Source: an uncultured Thermoanaerobaculia bacterium (GTDB lineage Bacteria; Acidobacteriota; Thermoanaerobaculia; Thermoanaerobaculales; Sulfomarinibacteraceae). Taken from it: a stretch of DNA of 60,027 nucleotides. Shown here piece after piece: positions 35,839 through 46,028 of this stretch. Both the position numbers and the translations under genes were made by a program. The stretch covers positions 3,966-63,992 of the forward strand of contig CAYTTB010000007.1 of the NCBI GenBank assembly GCA_964440565.1, given 5' to 3'. Every line of letters begins with the position of its first letter. Positions within the stretch are counted from its first letter, which is position 1. The notes under the pieces were generated by a model. It saw only the letters and a program-made list of their open reading frames with translations. It did no database searches and was not told where the DNA came from.

Positions 35839-37665
35839 GTGAGCAGCTTCCTCCGCGTCCTCGGCGTCGCCAGGCGGTACTGGGGCTGGGTGGCGATCTC
35901 GCTGGTGGCGATGGTGCTCACCGCCTCGGCCACCGTGTTCGCCTTCAACCTGGTGCGCCCGCTGTACGACGAGGTGCTGGGGCGGCCGGCAGCGGCGGAG
36001 GGCGGCGCGGTGAGTGCCCGCCTCCCGCGGACCGGGTTCGTGAGGGGGCTGGACCGGCTGGCCGCGGCGGCGCGCCGGAGGCTCTCCGGGATCGCGGGCG
36101 GCGACCGGCGGACGGTGCTGCTCCTGGTCCTCGTCGCCATCGTGGTCAAGAACCTCGCCACCTTCACCGCGCGCTACTCGGTGGCCCAGCTCGGTCTCGC
36201 CACCATCCGCGACCTCCGCAACCAGCTGTTCGACTCGCTCCTCCGCCAGAGCCCGCGGTACTTCCAGAGCACGTCCTCGGGCGTGCTGGTGGCGAGGGTG
36301 GTCAACGACGTGCGCCTGATCCACGAGGCGCTGGCCGAGCGGTTCGGCGACCTGCTGCAGGACTCGCTCACCGTGGTGGGCCTCCTGGTCTACGTCTTCT
36401 CCCTCGACTTCAGGCTGGCGCTGGCCACGCTGGTGCTCGCTCCGGTGCTCGTCGCGCCGGTCATCCACTTCTCGCGCCGTCTCCGCCGCCGGTCCCGCCA
36501 GTCCCAGGAGCGGATGGGCGACCTCACCTCGATCCTCGACGAGACCATCAAGGGGATCCGGGTGGTGCAGGCGTTCGGGATGGAGGAGTTCGTGAGCCGC
36601 AAGTTCCGGGCGGCCACCCAGCGCCACTTCTGGGCCAACCTCAAGGCACGGGCGATCCAGGCGGCCAACGCACCCGTGATGGAGATCGTGGGGACCGCGG
36701 GGGCGGTGGCGCTGTTCGCGTACGCCTCCTCGCAGATCGCCGCCGGCCGCATGACGCTCGGCGACTTCTCCGCCTTCCTCCTCGGGATCTACGGCACCTA
36801 CAACCCCATCAAGCGGCTGAACAAGTTCAACCTCGCGCTGCAGCAGGCGGCGGTCGCGGCGGAGCGTGTGTACCGGGTGATCGACGCCCCCGTGGAGGTG
36901 CGCGACCGGCCCGGTGCGGTGGATCTCGAGGATGTGGGCGAGGGGATCCGGCTCGAGAAGGTGTGGTTCGCGTACGAGGACGAGCACTGGGTGCTCCGCG
37001 AGTTCTCCCTCGAGATCCCGCGCGGGGCCACGGTGGCCCTGGTGGGGCATTCGGGGGCGGGCAAGAGCACCATCGCGCAGCTGATCCCGAGGTTCTGGGA
37101 CGTGCAGCGCGGCGCGGTCCTGGTGGGGGGGCACGACGTCCGCGAGGTCACCCTCGCGAGCCTCCGGCGCCGGATCGGCCTCGTGACGCAGGAGACGGTG
37201 CTGTTCAACGACACGGTCCGGGCCAACATCGCCTTCGGGCGCGAGGACGCGCCCATGGAGCGGGTGGTCGAGGCGGCCCGGGCGGCCTACGCGCACGAGT
37301 TCATCGAGGAGCTCCCCGAGGGGTACGACACCGTCATCGGCGAGGGCGGGGCGCGGCTGTCGGGGGGGCAGCGCCAGCGGCTCGCCATCGCTCGGGCGCT
37401 GTTCAAGGACCCGCCGATCCTGATCCTCGACGAGGCCACCTCGCAGCTCGATCCGGAGGCCGAGCGGCTGGTCCAGAAGGCCCTCGAGAACCTGATGCGG
37501 GGGCGCACGACGGTGGTGATCGCGCACCGCCTGTCCACGGTGCGGCGCGCCGACCGGATCGTGGTGCTCGAGCGCGGGCGGATCGTGGAGACGGGTACGC
37601 ACGAGGAGCTCATGGCGGCGGGCGGGGCGTACGCGCGCCTGGTGAGCCTGCAGGAGCTCGCCTGA
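35839..37665 (+). CDS. ABC exporter, MsbA-like (TMD + NBD)
   Basis: N-terminal TMs, then GHSGAGKS, LSGGQRQR, ILDEATS and IAHRLST. Confidence 0.93.
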   Translation: MSSFLRVLGVARRYWGWVAISLVAMVLTASATVFAFNLVRPLYDEVLGRPAAAEGGAVSARLPRTGFVRGLDRLAAAARRRLSGIAGGDRRTVLLLVLVAIVVKNLATFTARYSVAQLGLATIRDLRNQLFDSLLRQSPRYFQSTSSGVLVARVVNDVRLIHEALAERFGDLLQDSLTVVGLLVYVFSLDFRLALATLVLAPVLVAPVIHFSRRLRRRSRQSQERMGDLTSILDETIKGIRVVQAFGMEEFVSRKFRAATQRHFWANLKARAIQAANAPVMEIVGTAGAVALFAYASSQIAAGRMTLGDFSAFLLGIYGTYNPIKRLNKFNLALQQAAVAAERVYRVIDAPVEVRDRPGAVDLEDVGEGIRLEKVWFAYEDEHWVLREFSLEIPRGATVALVGHSGAGKSTIAQLIPRFWDVQRGAVLVGGHDVREVTLASLRRRIGLVTQETVLFNDTVRANIAFGREDAPMERVVEAARAAYAHEFIEELPEGYDTVIGEGGARLSGGQRQRLAIARALFKDPPILILDEATSQLDPEAERLVQKALENLMRGRTTVVIAHRLSTVRRADRIVVLERGRIVETGTHEELMAAGGAYARLVSLQELA

Positions 37666-37677
37666 CGGGAGGACGAC

Positions 37678-38574
37678 GTGGCGGTGGCCAGCATGACGGG
37701 GTTCGCGCGCGCCGGCGGGCGCCTCTCGGAGCGGCTCGAGGCGCGGGTGCTGGTGCGCTCGGTGAACCACCGCTACCTGGACGTGGTGGTGCGCCACGAC
37801 CTCCCCGTGGAGCTGCCCGAGGTGGAGGCGGCGGTGCGGGAGGAGGTGGAGCGCGTGGTGCGCCGGGGTCGGGTGGTGGTCCAGCTGCGCCTCGTGGCGG
37901 CGGCGCACCCGGGCCCGGTGCCCGAGGTGGACGGCGAGACGGTGGTGCGCCTCGCCAGGGCGGCCGTGAGCGTCTCGCTGCCCGCCGGTGTGGACCGCTC
38001 GCTGCGTCTCGGGGAGCTGCTCGCGTTGCCCGGGGTGGTCCGGCTCCCCGAGCCGGAGCTGCAGCTCCACGGGGACGAGATCGCGGCCCTCCGGTCGGTG
38101 CTGCGCGAGGCGCTCGCGGAGCTCGGGGCCATGCGCCGGCGCGAGGCGGAGGCCCTGGTGGCTCAGGTGGAGGAGGAGCTGGCGGCGGTCGAGGGGTTCG
38201 CCGCCTGGGTCCGGCCGCGGGTGGAGGAGCTCGTGGCCCGCCAGGTGGAGCGCCTCCGGACGCGGCTCGAGGCCCTGCTCGAGGGCGTCGCCGAGGTGGA
38301 CGAGGGCCGGCTGGTGCAGGAGGCCGGCACGCTGGCGGAGCGGGCGGACATCGCCGAGGAGGTGGTGCGCCTCGGAGCCCACGTGGCGGAGGCCCGGCGG
38401 CGGCTCGCGCACGGCGGGGAGGTGGGCAGGGCGCTGGACTTCCTGTGCCAGGAGATGCTCCGCGAGCTCAACACCATCGGCTCCAAGGCTCGGGACGCGG
38501 AGGTGGTGGCCCGCCTGGTGGACGCCAAGGGCGCGGTGGAGCGCCTCCGGGAGCAGGTGCAGAACCTCGAGTGA
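37678..38574 (+). CDS. yicC: YicC/YloC family endoribonuclease
   Basis: Motifs SMTGFAR, RSVNHRYLD, DFLCQEM.RELNTIGSK and REQVQNLE. Confidence 0.93.
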   Translation: MAVASMTGFARAGGRLSERLEARVLVRSVNHRYLDVVVRHDLPVELPEVEAAVREEVERVVRRGRVVVQLRLVAAAHPGPVPEVDGETVVRLARAAVSVSLPAGVDRSLRLGELLALPGVVRLPEPELQLHGDEIAALRSVLREALAELGAMRRREAEALVAQVEEELAAVEGFAAWVRPRVEELVARQVERLRTRLEALLEGVAEVDEGRLVQEAGTLAERADIAEEVVRLGAHVAEARRRLAHGGEVGRALDFLCQEMLRELNTIGSKARDAEVVARLVDAKGAVERLREQVQNLE

Positions 38575-38645
38575 GGCGGGCGGGGGCCGAGGCTCCTCCC
38601 GGGTGCCGCGGGCGAGGCGCCCGCCTCTGCTACGATGGCCGCACG

Positions 38646-40343
38646 ATGACCGGGCGGGCTCGCCGGGACAGCCAGGAGGTGGGCGGCCGGGCCGGGGTAC
38701 GGACGCCCTCGCGCGGCGAGGTGGTGGTGAGCGGCCGCTGGCCGCGGGCGGACTCGCGCGCGAACCGGCTGCGGCGGGGGGCCCCGAGGCTCAGGCGCCG
38801 GATCGCGGCCTCCATCGCGCTGGCGGTGCTGGCCACGCTCATGCTGAGCGGCATCGGGCTGGTCCTCTCCAAGCGCCGGTCGCTCCTCGACACCATGGAG
38901 GCCTCGGCGCGGACCTACGCCGGCCTCATCGCGTTGCCGCTGGCACGCCTCGCCGAGGAGTACCGGGCGTCCGGGTTCGAGCGCCTCCGCTCGCGGCTCG
39001 GGCACCTGATGGCGCTGAACTCCGAGGTGGAGCGGCTGGCGGTGGTGGACGTGGAGGGGCGGGTGGTGCTGGAGGCCACGCGCGACGCGGTACGCACCGC
39101 GCCGGTGGGCCGGGCACTGGAGCGGATCGAGGACCCCGAGCTGCTGGCGGCGGTCCGGTCGCTGGAGATCTCGGCCCGGCGCACCCAGGTGGGCGGGCGG
39201 CGGGTGTACCGGGTGGTGGCCCCGTGCGTGGAGGAGTGGGGACGGCACGCGTACTCGCTGGTGGCGAGCTTCGGGTACGAGCGGGTGAATCGCGCGGTGC
39301 TCGAGGCCATCGCGACCACCTCGGGTTTCCTCCTCCTCGGGCTGGTGGTGGCCTACCTGGCCTCGGTGCCGCTGGCCCGTAACATCTCCCAGCACCTGGA
39401 GCAGCTGCACGAGGGCGTGCTGCGCATCGCGCGGGGCGAGTTCAACGAGCGGGTGGAGATCCGCTCCGGTGACGAGATCGAGGACCTCGCCAACGCGTTC
39501 AACGCCATGGCCAGGGATCTCCACCGCACGGTGGGCGAGCTCCGGCGCGCGTACGGCGAGCTGCTGTCGCTGGATCGCGCCAAGGAGGATCTGCTGGCCA
39601 ACGTCTCCCACGAGCTGAAGACCCCGCTCACGGCGCTTCGCGGGTACCTCGAGCTCCTCGCCGACGGGCAGCTCGGGCCGCTGGAGCCGCGGGCCGAACG
39701 GGCGGTGGAGGTGTGCCAGCGGAACCTGCGCCGGCTGACGGTGCGCATCGAGGAGATGATGATGGTGGCCCGGGTCCACCGCGGGATTATCCTCCCCGCG
39801 GACGAGCCGGTGGCGCTGGGGCAGGTGATCGATACCGCCGTGGAGACGCTGCTGCCGCGGATCGAGCGCAAGCGCCTCTACTGCTCGCTGTCGCTGCCGC
39901 CCGACCTGCCGCAGGTGCACGGGAGCGTCGAGCACCTCGAGCGAGTGTTCCTCAACCTCGTGGACAACGCCATCAAGTTCACGCCGGAGGAGGGGTTCAT
40001 CCGGATCTCGGCCGAGGTCGCCGGCCACGGCGGGCGGGAGGGGGTGCTGGTGCGCGTGGCGGACAGCGGCGTCGGGATCCCGAAGGACAAGCTGGACCGG
40101 GTGTTCGACCGCTTCTACCAGGTCGATCCCAGCTCGAGCCGCGCGCACGGGGGCATGGGCCTGGGGCTCGCGCTGGTGCGGACCATCGTGGAGGCGCACG
40201 GTGGCGCGGTCTGGGCCGAGAGCGACGAGGGGCGGGGGGCCACGTTCTCCGTCTGGCTGCCGCTCCGCCGGGAGAGCTCGGGCGCGCGCCGGGCGTTCCG
40301 GGAGCCGGAACCGGAGACGGGCCGGTCCGGTCCGGTAGACTGA
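38646..40343 (+). CDS. HAMP-domain sensor histidine kinase
   Basis: Two TMs, HAMP, H-box VSHELKTPLT, NLVDNAIKFT, DSGVGI and GMGLGL. Start position uncertain. Confidence 0.93.
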   Translation: MTGRARRDSQEVGGRAGVRTPSRGEVVVSGRWPRADSRANRLRRGAPRLRRRIAASIALAVLATLMLSGIGLVLSKRRSLLDTMEASARTYAGLIALPLARLAEEYRASGFERLRSRLGHLMALNSEVERLAVVDVEGRVVLEATRDAVRTAPVGRALERIEDPELLAAVRSLEISARRTQVGGRRVYRVVAPCVEEWGRHAYSLVASFGYERVNRAVLEAIATTSGFLLLGLVVAYLASVPLARNISQHLEQLHEGVLRIARGEFNERVEIRSGDEIEDLANAFNAMARDLHRTVGELRRAYGELLSLDRAKEDLLANVSHELKTPLTALRGYLELLADGQLGPLEPRAERAVEVCQRNLRRLTVRIEEMMMVARVHRGIILPADEPVALGQVIDTAVETLLPRIERKRLYCSLSLPPDLPQVHGSVEHLERVFLNLVDNAIKFTPEEGFIRISAEVAGHGGREGVLVRVADSGVGIPKDKLDRVFDRFYQVDPSSSRAHGGMGLGLALVRTIVEAHGGAVWAESDEGRGATFSVWLPLRRESSGARRAFREPEPETGRSGPVD

Positions 40344-40360
40344 GGTCCGGGGAGGCAGGC

Positions 40361-40735
40361 GTGGCGCGAATCCTGGTCGTGGACGACGAGCCCGACGTGG
40401 CGGAGCTGGTGCAGACGATCCTCGCCGCCGAGGGCCACGAGGTGGAGGTGGCCACCGGGGGCCGCCGCGCGCTCGCACGCGTGCTCGAGGAGCCCCCCGA
40501 CCTCCTGGTGCTGGACCTCATGATGCCGGAGATGGACGGCTTCCAGGTGCTGAAGCTGATCCGGGCGGACGAGCGGACGGCGACCCTCCCGGTGCTCATC
40601 CTCTCGGCGCGGACGGCGCACGCCGACCAGATCGGCGGCCTCCAGCTGCGGGCCAACGCGTACGTCTGCAAGCCGTTCTCGCCGCGGGAGCTGGTGGCCG
40701 AGGTGCGCGCCCTGCTGGGCGCGGCGGGGGCCTGA
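40361..40735 (+). CDS. Single-domain response regulator
   Basis: Motifs ILVVDDE, LDLMMPEMDG and KPF. Confidence 0.93.
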   Translation: MARILVVDDEPDVAELVQTILAAEGHEVEVATGGRRALARVLEEPPDLLVLDLMMPEMDGFQVLKLIRADERTATLPVLILSARTAHADQIGGLQLRANAYVCKPFSPRELVAEVRALLGAAGA

Positions 40736-42003
40736 TGTCCCGCCGGCGCTCGATGCCGGAGGATCCGCTCGCCCTGCGCGCCGAGCTGCTCGAGGCGAGG
40801 GCGAGCCTCTACGACCCCGGGACCGGGCTGCCGACGCTGGCGGTGGTGACGGACAAGGTCGGACGGATGCTCGACGACCACGAGTCCGTGCGCGTGTTCC
40901 TGCTGCGGGTGGAGCAGGAGCAGGACCTCGAGCTGGTGGTGGGGTGGGAGGAGTATGACGGGATCGTCAGGGCGGCGGCCGGGTACCTCCGGGAGCTGGT
41001 GCTGGGCCTCGGTGACGACCGCTGCGTGCTGGCGCTGGACCGCGTCTGGGGCGACCGGTTCTACCTGTTCCTCGCGGGGCCGCCTCCGGGCGGGCAGCTG
41101 CTCGACGCGCTCCGGGGGCCGGTCCGCCTCCCGGGGGAGAGCGCTCCGGGGCTCGAGGAGGTGTGGCTGCGCGTCGGCCAGGGCACGGTGCGCCGCCTCC
41201 CGGCGCAGCGGGTGGAGCGCTGCGTCTACCGCGCGCTGGAGGAGGCGGAGCGGGACCTCAGCCGGAGGGTGGAGGAGCTGGACTCGGAGCGCCGTCGCGA
41301 GCTGGCCGAGATCATCTCCGGCCGCGCCATCCGTACCCTGTTCCAGCCCATCGTCCGGCTCCCCCAGCGGACCGTGGTGGGGTACGAGGCGCTGTCGAGG
41401 GGGCCCGCCGGGAGCTACCTGGAGCCCGCCGAGCACCTGTTCGGGTTCGCCGAGCGGGCGCGTGCCCTGGCCGAGCTGGAGCGGCTCTGCGTGGAGCGGG
41501 CGCTCGCCAACTCCCACCGGCTGCCGCTGGGCTCGACGCTGTTCCTGAACATCTCGTTCATGGGGCTGGAGCACCTCGAGGGCGACTCCGGGGGCCTCGT
41601 CCAGCTGGTGCGGGACGCCGGCTGGTCGCCGCGGGAGGTGGTGCTCGAGATCACCGAGCGAACCTACGCGGAGGACCCGGAGCGGGTGGGGCGCAGGATC
41701 CTGGCGCTGCGCCGCCAGGGGTTCCGGTTCGCCATCGACGACGTGGGCACCGGCTACAGCTCCCTGCACGTGCTGGCCGACATCCAGCCCGACTACATCA
41801 AGCTCGACCGCATGCTGGTGAGCGGGCTGGATCAGGAGCCGATCAAGCGGAACCTGGTCTCCGCGGTGACGGGGTTCGCCCGCTCGAGCCAGTCGCTGGT
41901 GATCGGCGAGGGGGTGGAGCGGGCGGAGGAGGCCAGCGTCCTCCAGGAGCTGGGCGTGCACCTGCTCCAGGGGTTCTACTTCGGACGCCCCGAGGAGATC
42001 TGA
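40735..42003 (+). CDS. EAL c-di-GMP phosphodiesterase with a degenerate GGDEF-like N-terminus
   Basis: D..TGLP and WGDRF in place of GGDEF. EAL motifs FQPIV, YEALSR, EITE, IDDVGTGYSSL, IKLDR, EGVE and QGF. Confidence 0.9.
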   Translation: MSRRRSMPEDPLALRAELLEARASLYDPGTGLPTLAVVTDKVGRMLDDHESVRVFLLRVEQEQDLELVVGWEEYDGIVRAAAGYLRELVLGLGDDRCVLALDRVWGDRFYLFLAGPPPGGQLLDALRGPVRLPGESAPGLEEVWLRVGQGTVRRLPAQRVERCVYRALEEAERDLSRRVEELDSERRRELAEIISGRAIRTLFQPIVRLPQRTVVGYEALSRGPAGSYLEPAEHLFGFAERARALAELERLCVERALANSHRLPLGSTLFLNISFMGLEHLEGDSGGLVQLVRDAGWSPREVVLEITERTYAEDPERVGRRILALRRQGFRFAIDDVGTGYSSLHVLADIQPDYIKLDRMLVSGLDQEPIKRNLVSAVTGFARSSQSLVIGEGVERAEEASVLQELGVHLLQGFYFGRPEEI

Positions 42004-42006
42004 CCC

Positions 42007-42732
42007 GTGACGGCCGCGCGCGATCTCCCGGAGGCGCTGGTCCAAAGCCCCATCCTCCGGGAGATGACACGGGAGGAGCGGGAGAAGGTGCTCGCGGTCG
42101 CGCTGGAGCGGCGCGTGGGGCGTGGCGAGACGCTGTTCCACGAAGGCGAGCGGACGGAGGGGCTGTGGGTCCTGGGCGAGGGGCTGCTCAAGCTGGTTCG
42201 CTACTCGCCCGACGGGCGCGAGCTCCTCCTGCACCTGGTGCGCCCGGGGCAGAGCTTCGCGGAGGCGGCGCTGTTCGGGCGCCAGACGTACCCGGCCACC
42301 GCGGTGGCGCTGGAGCGCTCCCGGGTCTGGTGCTGGCCGCGGCAGCGGCTGGTGGAGCTCCTGAGCGGCTCCCCGGAGCTGGGGCTGGGGCTCCTGGTCT
42401 CGCTCTCCCTGTGGGCGCGGCGGCTCGCGGACAAGCTCGAGCTGCTCACCCACCGGCGGGTGGAGGAGCGGCTCGCCGTCTACCTCGTGGGGCGGTGCGG
42501 CCGGCTCCCCCGTCCGGGGTGCGAGCTGCGCCTCTCCGAGGCACGGAACCTCATCGCCGCCCAGCTGGGGACGGCGCCCGAGGTGCTGTCGCGCACCTTC
42601 CGGCGTCTCCAGGACGAGGGGATCGTGGCGGTGGAGGGTTCCCTGGTGCGGATCCTCGACCCCGAGCGGCTGCTCCGGCTCGCGGGAGGGCCCCCGGGGC
42701 TCGCGGAGGCCGGCCCGCCCGGGGGGGCCTGA
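42007..42732 (+). CDS. Crp/Fnr family transcriptional regulator
   Basis: cNMP-like domain (GQSFAEAALF..YPATA) and HTH IAAQLGTAPEVLSR. Confidence 0.92.
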   Translation: MTAARDLPEALVQSPILREMTREEREKVLAVALERRVGRGETLFHEGERTEGLWVLGEGLLKLVRYSPDGRELLLHLVRPGQSFAEAALFGRQTYPATAVALERSRVWCWPRQRLVELLSGSPELGLGLLVSLSLWARRLADKLELLTHRRVEERLAVYLVGRCGRLPRPGCELRLSEARNLIAAQLGTAPEVLSRTFRRLQDEGIVAVEGSLVRILDPERLLRLAGGPPGLAEAGPPGGA

Positions 42733-42794
42733 CCCCGCCGGGACGGCGGGCCGGAGCCGCGGCGACGGCGCTAGGATGGGGCGTGCGCGTCGGG

Positions 42795-44255
42795 ATGCGG
42801 CCGTGGCTTCTCGGAGCTCTCGCGGCGGCGGTGTACGGGGCCGGTGCCGCGAGGACGGTGATGTGGGCGGACAGCTCGAAGCTCACGGTGTACGCACTGG
42901 CCGGGTACCTTCCCTCGCTGAACCCCGGCGACCACCCCGGCTGGACCGTCCTGGCGTGGGCGTGGCTGCGCCTTCCGGGTACGGGGGATCCGGTGCTGGC
43001 GTGCCACCTGCTGTCGTCGCTGCTGGGAGGGGTGGCGGTGGGCCTGGCCGCGGCGCTGCTCGGCCGGGCCGGCCACCGCCCCGAGGGGGCACTGGTCCTG
43101 GCGGCGGCGCACCCGCTGTGGTGGGCGGCGTCGCTCGCCGAGACGTACGCCGCCGCCGTGCTGGCGGTGCTGCTGGTGGCCTGGCTCGCCCCGCACGAGG
43201 GCGCCTGGCCGGCCCTGGGCGCCGGCCTCGCGGCCGGGTGGGGGATGGCGGTGCACGGCCTCACCGCGCCACTGTCGCTTCCGTTGCTGGCGGGGCTGCG
43301 GCGACGCCGGTGGCCGCTCGCGGCGGCGGGCGCCGCGCTGGGCGCGGCGCCGGTGTGGCTCGCGGTGCTGGGGACACCGCGCGATCCCCTCACGGGCCAC
43401 CGGGCCGCGGGCGGTGGCGCGGTGGCGTGGCACCTGCGAGCGTTCCTCGATCCCGGCCGCGCGCTCCCCGGCCTCGCGGTGGTGCTGGCCCTCGTCGCAC
43501 TCGCCCTCGGCCCTCTGGGGGCGCTCGCGCTGCTGCGGCGAGGCCGGGCGCGGCCGCTCCACCCGTGGCCGGCCGGGGGATGGATCGGTCTCGCGGCGCT
43601 CTCGCTCCTCCTCGCGGGGTACGCCCCGTACCGCCTGCACCTGATGGTGGCGCTCCTGGTGGTGGCCCTCGTCCTGCTCCGGCCCCCGCGGCTGGGCGGC
43701 TGGCTCGCGGTGGCCCACGTGGCGCTGCAGGCGGCGCTGTACCTGGCCGCGCCGCTGGCCCTGGAGCGGGCCGGTCTCGGCGACCTCGGGGTGCGGCGGC
43801 TGCCGTACCGGGACAACGACCGGTACTTCCTGTGGCCGTGGAAGGCCGGTGACCGCGGCGCCGGGCGGTACGCGCGGGAGCTGCTGGCCGCGGCGCCCCC
43901 CGGGGCGGTGGTGCTGGCCGACTTCAACCCGGGGGCGGTGCTGGCGCTCGTCGAGCGGGTGCGCCACCTCCGCCCCGATGTGGTGGTGGTGCCCACGGCG
44001 GTGGACGAGGCGCTGGGCGCGCCCGATCCGGCCGCGGCGCTGGCGGCGCGGATCCGGGCGGCGGCGCCGCGGCCGGTGGTCCTGGCGGACGGGTGGGAGC
44101 CGTACTACCGGCTCGACGAGCTCCGGTCGCGGTTCGCGCTGCACCTCGCCCGGTGCGGTCCGGGGTGGCTGGTGTCCTCGCCGGGGAGCAGCCCCTCCGC
44201 CCGCATCCAGGCGACGGCCTCGGCGAACATCGCCTCGAGCGGCGCGGGGCGGTAG
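42795..44255 (+). CDS. Polytopic membrane protein, DUF2723/GT-C glycosyltransferase-like
   Basis: TVMWADSS, HPGW, WWAASLAETYA and many TMs. Alternative start GTG 42783. Confidence 0.7.
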   Translation: MRPWLLGALAAAVYGAGAARTVMWADSSKLTVYALAGYLPSLNPGDHPGWTVLAWAWLRLPGTGDPVLACHLLSSLLGGVAVGLAAALLGRAGHRPEGALVLAAAHPLWWAASLAETYAAAVLAVLLVAWLAPHEGAWPALGAGLAAGWGMAVHGLTAPLSLPLLAGLRRRRWPLAAAGAALGAAPVWLAVLGTPRDPLTGHRAAGGGAVAWHLRAFLDPGRALPGLAVVLALVALALGPLGALALLRRGRARPLHPWPAGGWIGLAALSLLLAGYAPYRLHLMVALLVVALVLLRPPRLGGWLAVAHVALQAALYLAAPLALERAGLGDLGVRRLPYRDNDRYFLWPWKAGDRGAGRYARELLAAAPPGAVVLADFNPGAVLALVERVRHLRPDVVVVPTAVDEALGAPDPAAALAARIRAAAPRPVVLADGWEPYYRLDELRSRFALHLARCGPGWLVSSPGSSPSARIQATASANIASSGAGR

Positions 44256-45157
44256 CCGAGCTCCGCCACCGCCCGGTCGGAGCGGCAGACGATCCAGGCG
44301 GACACCAGGCGCACCGTCTCGGGGGTGAGGTCGGGCTCGCGGCGGGTCGCGTACGAGGCCCAGAGGGCGAGCCGCGCCACCGCCCGGAGGAGCAGGGTCG
44401 GGGTGGGACGGGGCGGCACCGGACGGCCGAGGAGCCGTCCCAGCAGGCGGACCCCGTCCAGGTACGAGGCGTCGGCCCCCCCGAGCAGGTAGCGGGATCC
44501 CGACGGGGCACGCTCGGCGGCGACCGCGAACATCCGGGCGACCTCGGCGGCGTGGCAGAACGAGCCGCCGCCGGGCGGGACCCCGGGGAGCCTCTCCGCG
44601 GCGACCATCCGGATCATCCGCCCCCAGTTGCGGGCGTCGTGGCGCCCCACGACGTTGGCGGGCTGGAGGATCACCGCGTCGAGCCCCCGCGCGGCGGCCC
44701 GCTCCACCTCCTCCTCCGCGAGCGCCTTGGTCCGGAAGTAGTGGATCGGGGTGCGCGCCCCGAGGCGCGGCGAGCCCTCGGTGAGGGGCCCCTCCTGGAT
44801 CCCGTAGGCGGCGATGCTCGAGGCGTGGACCAGGCGCACGCCCCTCCGGAGCGCGGCCTCGGCGGCCGCCCGCGTCCCGAGGACGTTGGTCCGATGCTGG
44901 CGCCGGTGGGCCGGCGGCCACATGGTCGTGTCGCCGGCGAGGTGGAACAGCACCCCGCCCTCGGGGATCGCGGCCGCGAGACAGCGGGCATCGGTGAGCT
45001 CGCCGCAGACCAGCTCGACCCCGTGCGCCGCGAGCCACGCGGTGTCGCTCCCCGGACGGTGGAACGCCCGCACCCGCCACCCCTCCGCGAGCAGCCGCTC
45101 CACCAGGTTGCGGCCGAGGAAGCCGGTGGCGCCGGTGACGAGAGCGGTCCGCCTCAC
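44105..45157 (-). CDS. NAD-dependent epimerase/dehydratase (dihydroflavonol reductase/HpnA-like)
   Basis: Motifs LVTGATGFLG, FHLAG, NVLGT, SSIAAYG and YFRTK. Confidence 0.88.
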   Translation of the reverse strand: MRRTALVTGATGFLGRNLVERLLAEGWRVRAFHRPGSDTAWLAAHGVELVCGELTDARCLAAAIPEGGVLFHLAGDTTMWPPAHRRQHRTNVLGTRAAAEAALRRGVRLVHASSIAAYGIQEGPLTEGSPRLGARTPIHYFRTKALAEEEVERAAARGLDAVILQPANVVGRHDARNWGRMIRMVAAERLPGVPPGGGSFCHAAEVARMFAVAAERAPSGSRYLLGGADASYLDGVRLLGRLLGRPVPPRPTPTLLLRAVARLALWASYATRREPDLTPETVRLVSAWIVCRSDRAVAELGYRPAPLEAMFAEAVAWMRAEGLLPGEDTSHPGPHRARCSANRDRSSSSR

Positions 45158-46011
45158 CCCGTGCTCTCCGGTGCCGCCGGGGCCGGCAGCTGGGCCAGGT
45201 ACAGCGCGGCGACGACCAGGGCGCCGCCCGCGAGCTGGGGGGCGGTGAGCCGGTCCCCCGCCAGCAGGTACCCGAAGGCCGCCGCGAACACCGGCTCCAT
45301 GGTCAGGATCACGGCGGTGCGGGCCGCCGAGAGGTGGCGCTGGACCAGGGTCTGGACCGCGAAGGCGAGCCCCGAGGCGACGAGGCCCGTGAGCGCGAGC
45401 GCGAACCACACCTCGCGCGGCGGTGGCCCCACCGGCTCGAACGCCGGCCACGCGGCCCCGAACAGCGCCGCGCACGCCAGCATCTGCGCGAGGGTCAGGG
45501 CACGCACGTCGTGGCGGGGAGCGTGGCGGGCGAGCAGCGCGATGTGGAGGCCGAACGCCACCGCGCATCCCAGGGTGAGCAGGTCGCCCCGGTTGAGCGG
45601 GGCCGCCCCGGTCCCCGACAGGAGGGCGGTGCCCGCGAGGCTGAGCGCCGCCGCCCAGCGGACCGGACGGGGCAGGGGGGTCCCGTGGAGCGCCCGGTCG
45701 AGAGCCGGGGCGATGACCACGAACAGTCCCGTGATCAGGCCCGAGTTGGTGGGCGTGGTGTAGCGCAGCCCCCAGGTCTGGAGCAGGTACCCCGCGGCCA
45801 GCACCGCCCCCAGCGCGAGCCCCGCCGCCAGCGAGCCACGGTCGAGCCGCCGCGCCCACAGCGCCCCCGTGGCCGCCGCGGCGAGCGCGAACCGCAGCGC
45901 GAGGAAGCCCATCACCCCCCACACCGCCACCGCGTCGCGCACCACGGTGAACGTCCATCCCCACACCGCGGTGACGCCCAGAAGCAGCGCCGAGGCCTGC
46001 CACGTCCGCAC
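45154..46011 (-). CDS. DMT/EamA family transporter
   Basis: Motifs WGWTF, RFALA, LQTWGL.YTT, GDLLTLGCA and EPVFAA. Confidence 0.92.
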   Translation of the reverse strand: MRTWQASALLLGVTAVWGWTFTVVRDAVAVWGVMGFLALRFALAAAATGALWARRLDRGSLAAGLALGAVLAAGYLLQTWGLRYTTPTNSGLITGLFVVIAPALDRALHGTPLPRPVRWAAALSLAGTALLSGTGAAPLNRGDLLTLGCAVAFGLHIALLARHAPRHDVRALTLAQMLACAALFGAAWPAFEPVGPPPREVWFALALTGLVASGLAFAVQTLVQRHLSAARTAVILTMEPVFAAAFGYLLAGDRLTAPQLAGGALVVAALYLAQLPAPAAPESTG

Positions 46012-46028
46012 CCGGGGAGTGTACCGGG

